A stretch of 64,000 nucleotides of DNA, taken from NCBI GenBank assembly GCA_016882285.1, contig VGQS01000001.1, positions 11,339-75,338 of the forward strand, given 5' to 3'. This stretch comes from Cyanobacteria bacterium K_DeepCast_35m_m2_155. GTDB taxonomy: Bacteria > Cyanobacteriota > Cyanobacteriia > PCC-6307 > Cyanobiaceae. The position numbers were made by a program, and so were the translations under genes. The notes under the pieces are model-generated. The model searched no databases. It worked only from the letters and a program-made list of their open reading frames with translations, and was not told the DNA's origin. Positions 62,566 through 64,000 of the stretch are shown here, in pieces; position 1 is the first letter of the stretch, and each line of letters begins with the position of its first letter.

Positions 62566-62972
62566 CAGCTCAGACGTGTGCCGTGGCTCACGCGCACCAC
62601 GGTGTGCACATTGCCGCGGGGGTGAAAATCAGCTTCCAGCTGCATCCACTGAGGGGCACAAGCCGCCACCAGATCGTCGAGGATCCGGTTGGCAGCCTCC
62701 TCATGGGAGATCGAGCGGTCGCGGTAACTGTTGATGTACAGCTTGATGGCTTTGAGCTCAATGACCCGCGGACCGGGTTGGTAGAGCAGCCGCAGCACAG
62801 CAAAGTCGGGGTAGCCGGAAAAGGGGCACTTGCAGGTGAACTCCGGCAACTCAATGGAGATCTCGTAAGCCCTTGAGGGCCGCGGGTTCTCAAAGCAGAT
62901 CAGCTCGGCCTCAGCAATCGCCCGCTCGCCGTAGAGGGGGGTTCGGGTCTGGCTATCAGAGGAAAGCGTCAC
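62562..62972 (-). CDS. queF: NADPH-dependent 7-cyano-7-deazaguanine (preQ0) reductase
   Basis: 136-aa ORF with ..[15 protein letters not shown].. and ..[14 protein letters not shown]... Confidence 0.92.
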   Translation of the reverse strand: MTLSSDSQTRTPLYGERAIAEAELICFENPRPSRAYEISIELPEFTCKCPFSGYPDFAVLRLLYQPGPRVIELKAIKLYINSYRDRSISHEEAANRILDDLVAACAPQWMQLEADFHPRGNVHTVVRVSHGTRLSC

Positions 62973-63046
62973 GAAAAGCCGGCGGCTGCTGCAGTGATGG
63001 ATCAGCGAACTTTAGAAAGCCGGCCCTGACAGCCACGGCCCAGCCG

Positions 63047-63467
<421 letters not shown>

Positions 63468-63485
63468 AGCGGGTTCTGATCTCGA

Positions 63486-64000
63486 TCAGCTGCTCAGGGT
63501 CTGCTGCACCAACTGCGCAATGGCTGCGGTTGTCGGCGCCTCTGGCCTGGGGCCCTGATGCTCAGGTCCCCACTGCTGCAGCCACAGCAGATACTCATGG
63601 TTGCCGGCCGGTCCGGTGATCGGTGAGGCGACGAGCCCAGCGGGGCTGAACGCCAAGGTCGCGCCGGCGGCACAGACCCGCTCGATCGCGTCGACATGGG
63701 CAAGCGGATCGCGCACAACGCCCCCTTTGCCAACACGGTCCTTGCCGACCTCAAACTGGGGCTTGACCAGCAGCACCAGCTCAAGCGGCCGCTGCGGGCC
63801 CTGGGGCCGCAGCAGGGTCACCATGGCCGGCAGCACCAGAGCCAGTGAAATGAACGACACATCGGCCACGGCCAGATCAGGCCAGGGATCATCGGGGCCG
63901 TAAAGCTGCTCGGGCGTCAGATGGCGCAGGTTGGTGCGCTCCTTGAGCACCACACGCGGGTCACTGCGCAGGCTCCAGGCGGTTTGGCCATAGCCCACGT
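63486..64000 (-). CDS. tlyA: TlyA-family rRNA 2'-O-methyltransferase (hemolysin A-like), C-terminal part; the 5' end lies beyond the window edge
   Basis: ..DLAVADVSFISLALVLPAMVTLL...LVKPQFEVGKDRVGKGGVVRD... The ORF is still open at the right window edge. Confidence 0.8.
   Translation of the reverse strand, partial: VGYGQTAWSLRSDPRVVLKERTNLRHLTPEQLYGPDDPWPDLAVADVSFISLALVLPAMVTLLRPQGPQRPLELVLLVKPQFEVGKDRVGKGGVVRDPLAHVDAIERVCAAGATLAFSPAGLVASPITGPAGNHEYLLWLQQWGPEHQGPRPEAPTTAAIAQLVQQTLSS

Overview
This window is a densely coding, GC-rich chromosomal core region. Gene content and synteny point to a picocyanobacterium of the Synechococcus/Cyanobium type. I support about 75 protein genes, one tRNA (Val-GAC), several rho-independent terminators and two recognisable operator sites.

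Landmarks, left to right:
- Omp85/BamA (partial), purC, purD, then nblS
- the circadian clock cluster kaiA-kaiB-kaiC
- rplU-rpmA, a YhhQ-type preQ transporter, truB, yebC, nagB, spoIID, rnz
- psbV, petF, prmA-serA
- an S4-domain gene, tRNA-Val, murD
- an EVE-domain gene flanked by two paralogous membrane proteins
- rpoZ, an Hsp70-like gene, ftrV, pyrR, gpmI, secG, msrB
- groES-groEL with a CIRCE operator
- atpD-atpC, PSRP-3, pepP, a GTPase, nadD-nadE, ald
- a tightly coupled operon of unknown function (oxygenase, ferredoxin, 66-aa protein, DUF3326)
- the large ATP synthase operon (atp1-a-c-b'-b-delta-alpha-gamma)
- the allophycocyanin locus apcE-apcA-apcB-apcC
- ftsW, ccdA-ccs1, queF, glnB with an NtcA box, and tlyA (partial)

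I found no rRNA, CRISPR array, transposase, integrase, prophage or recognisable defence genes. This looks like ordinary conserved core genome, not an accessory island.

Observations most worth a second look:
1. An in-frame TGA splits apcE before its third REP domain.
2. The oxygenase/ferredoxin/small-protein/DUF3326 operon sits just downstream of the atp operon and is uncharacterised.
3. A HAD hydrolase has its catalytic DxD motif upstream of any canonical start codon.
4. The EVE-domain gene is coupled to one of the two mirrored paralogous membrane proteins.
5. Several structured intergenic elements have no assigned function.

All calls come from reading the ORF translations and the DNA by eye. 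No database search was run. Many very long ORFs antisense to real genes are GC-driven artefacts and were rejected.
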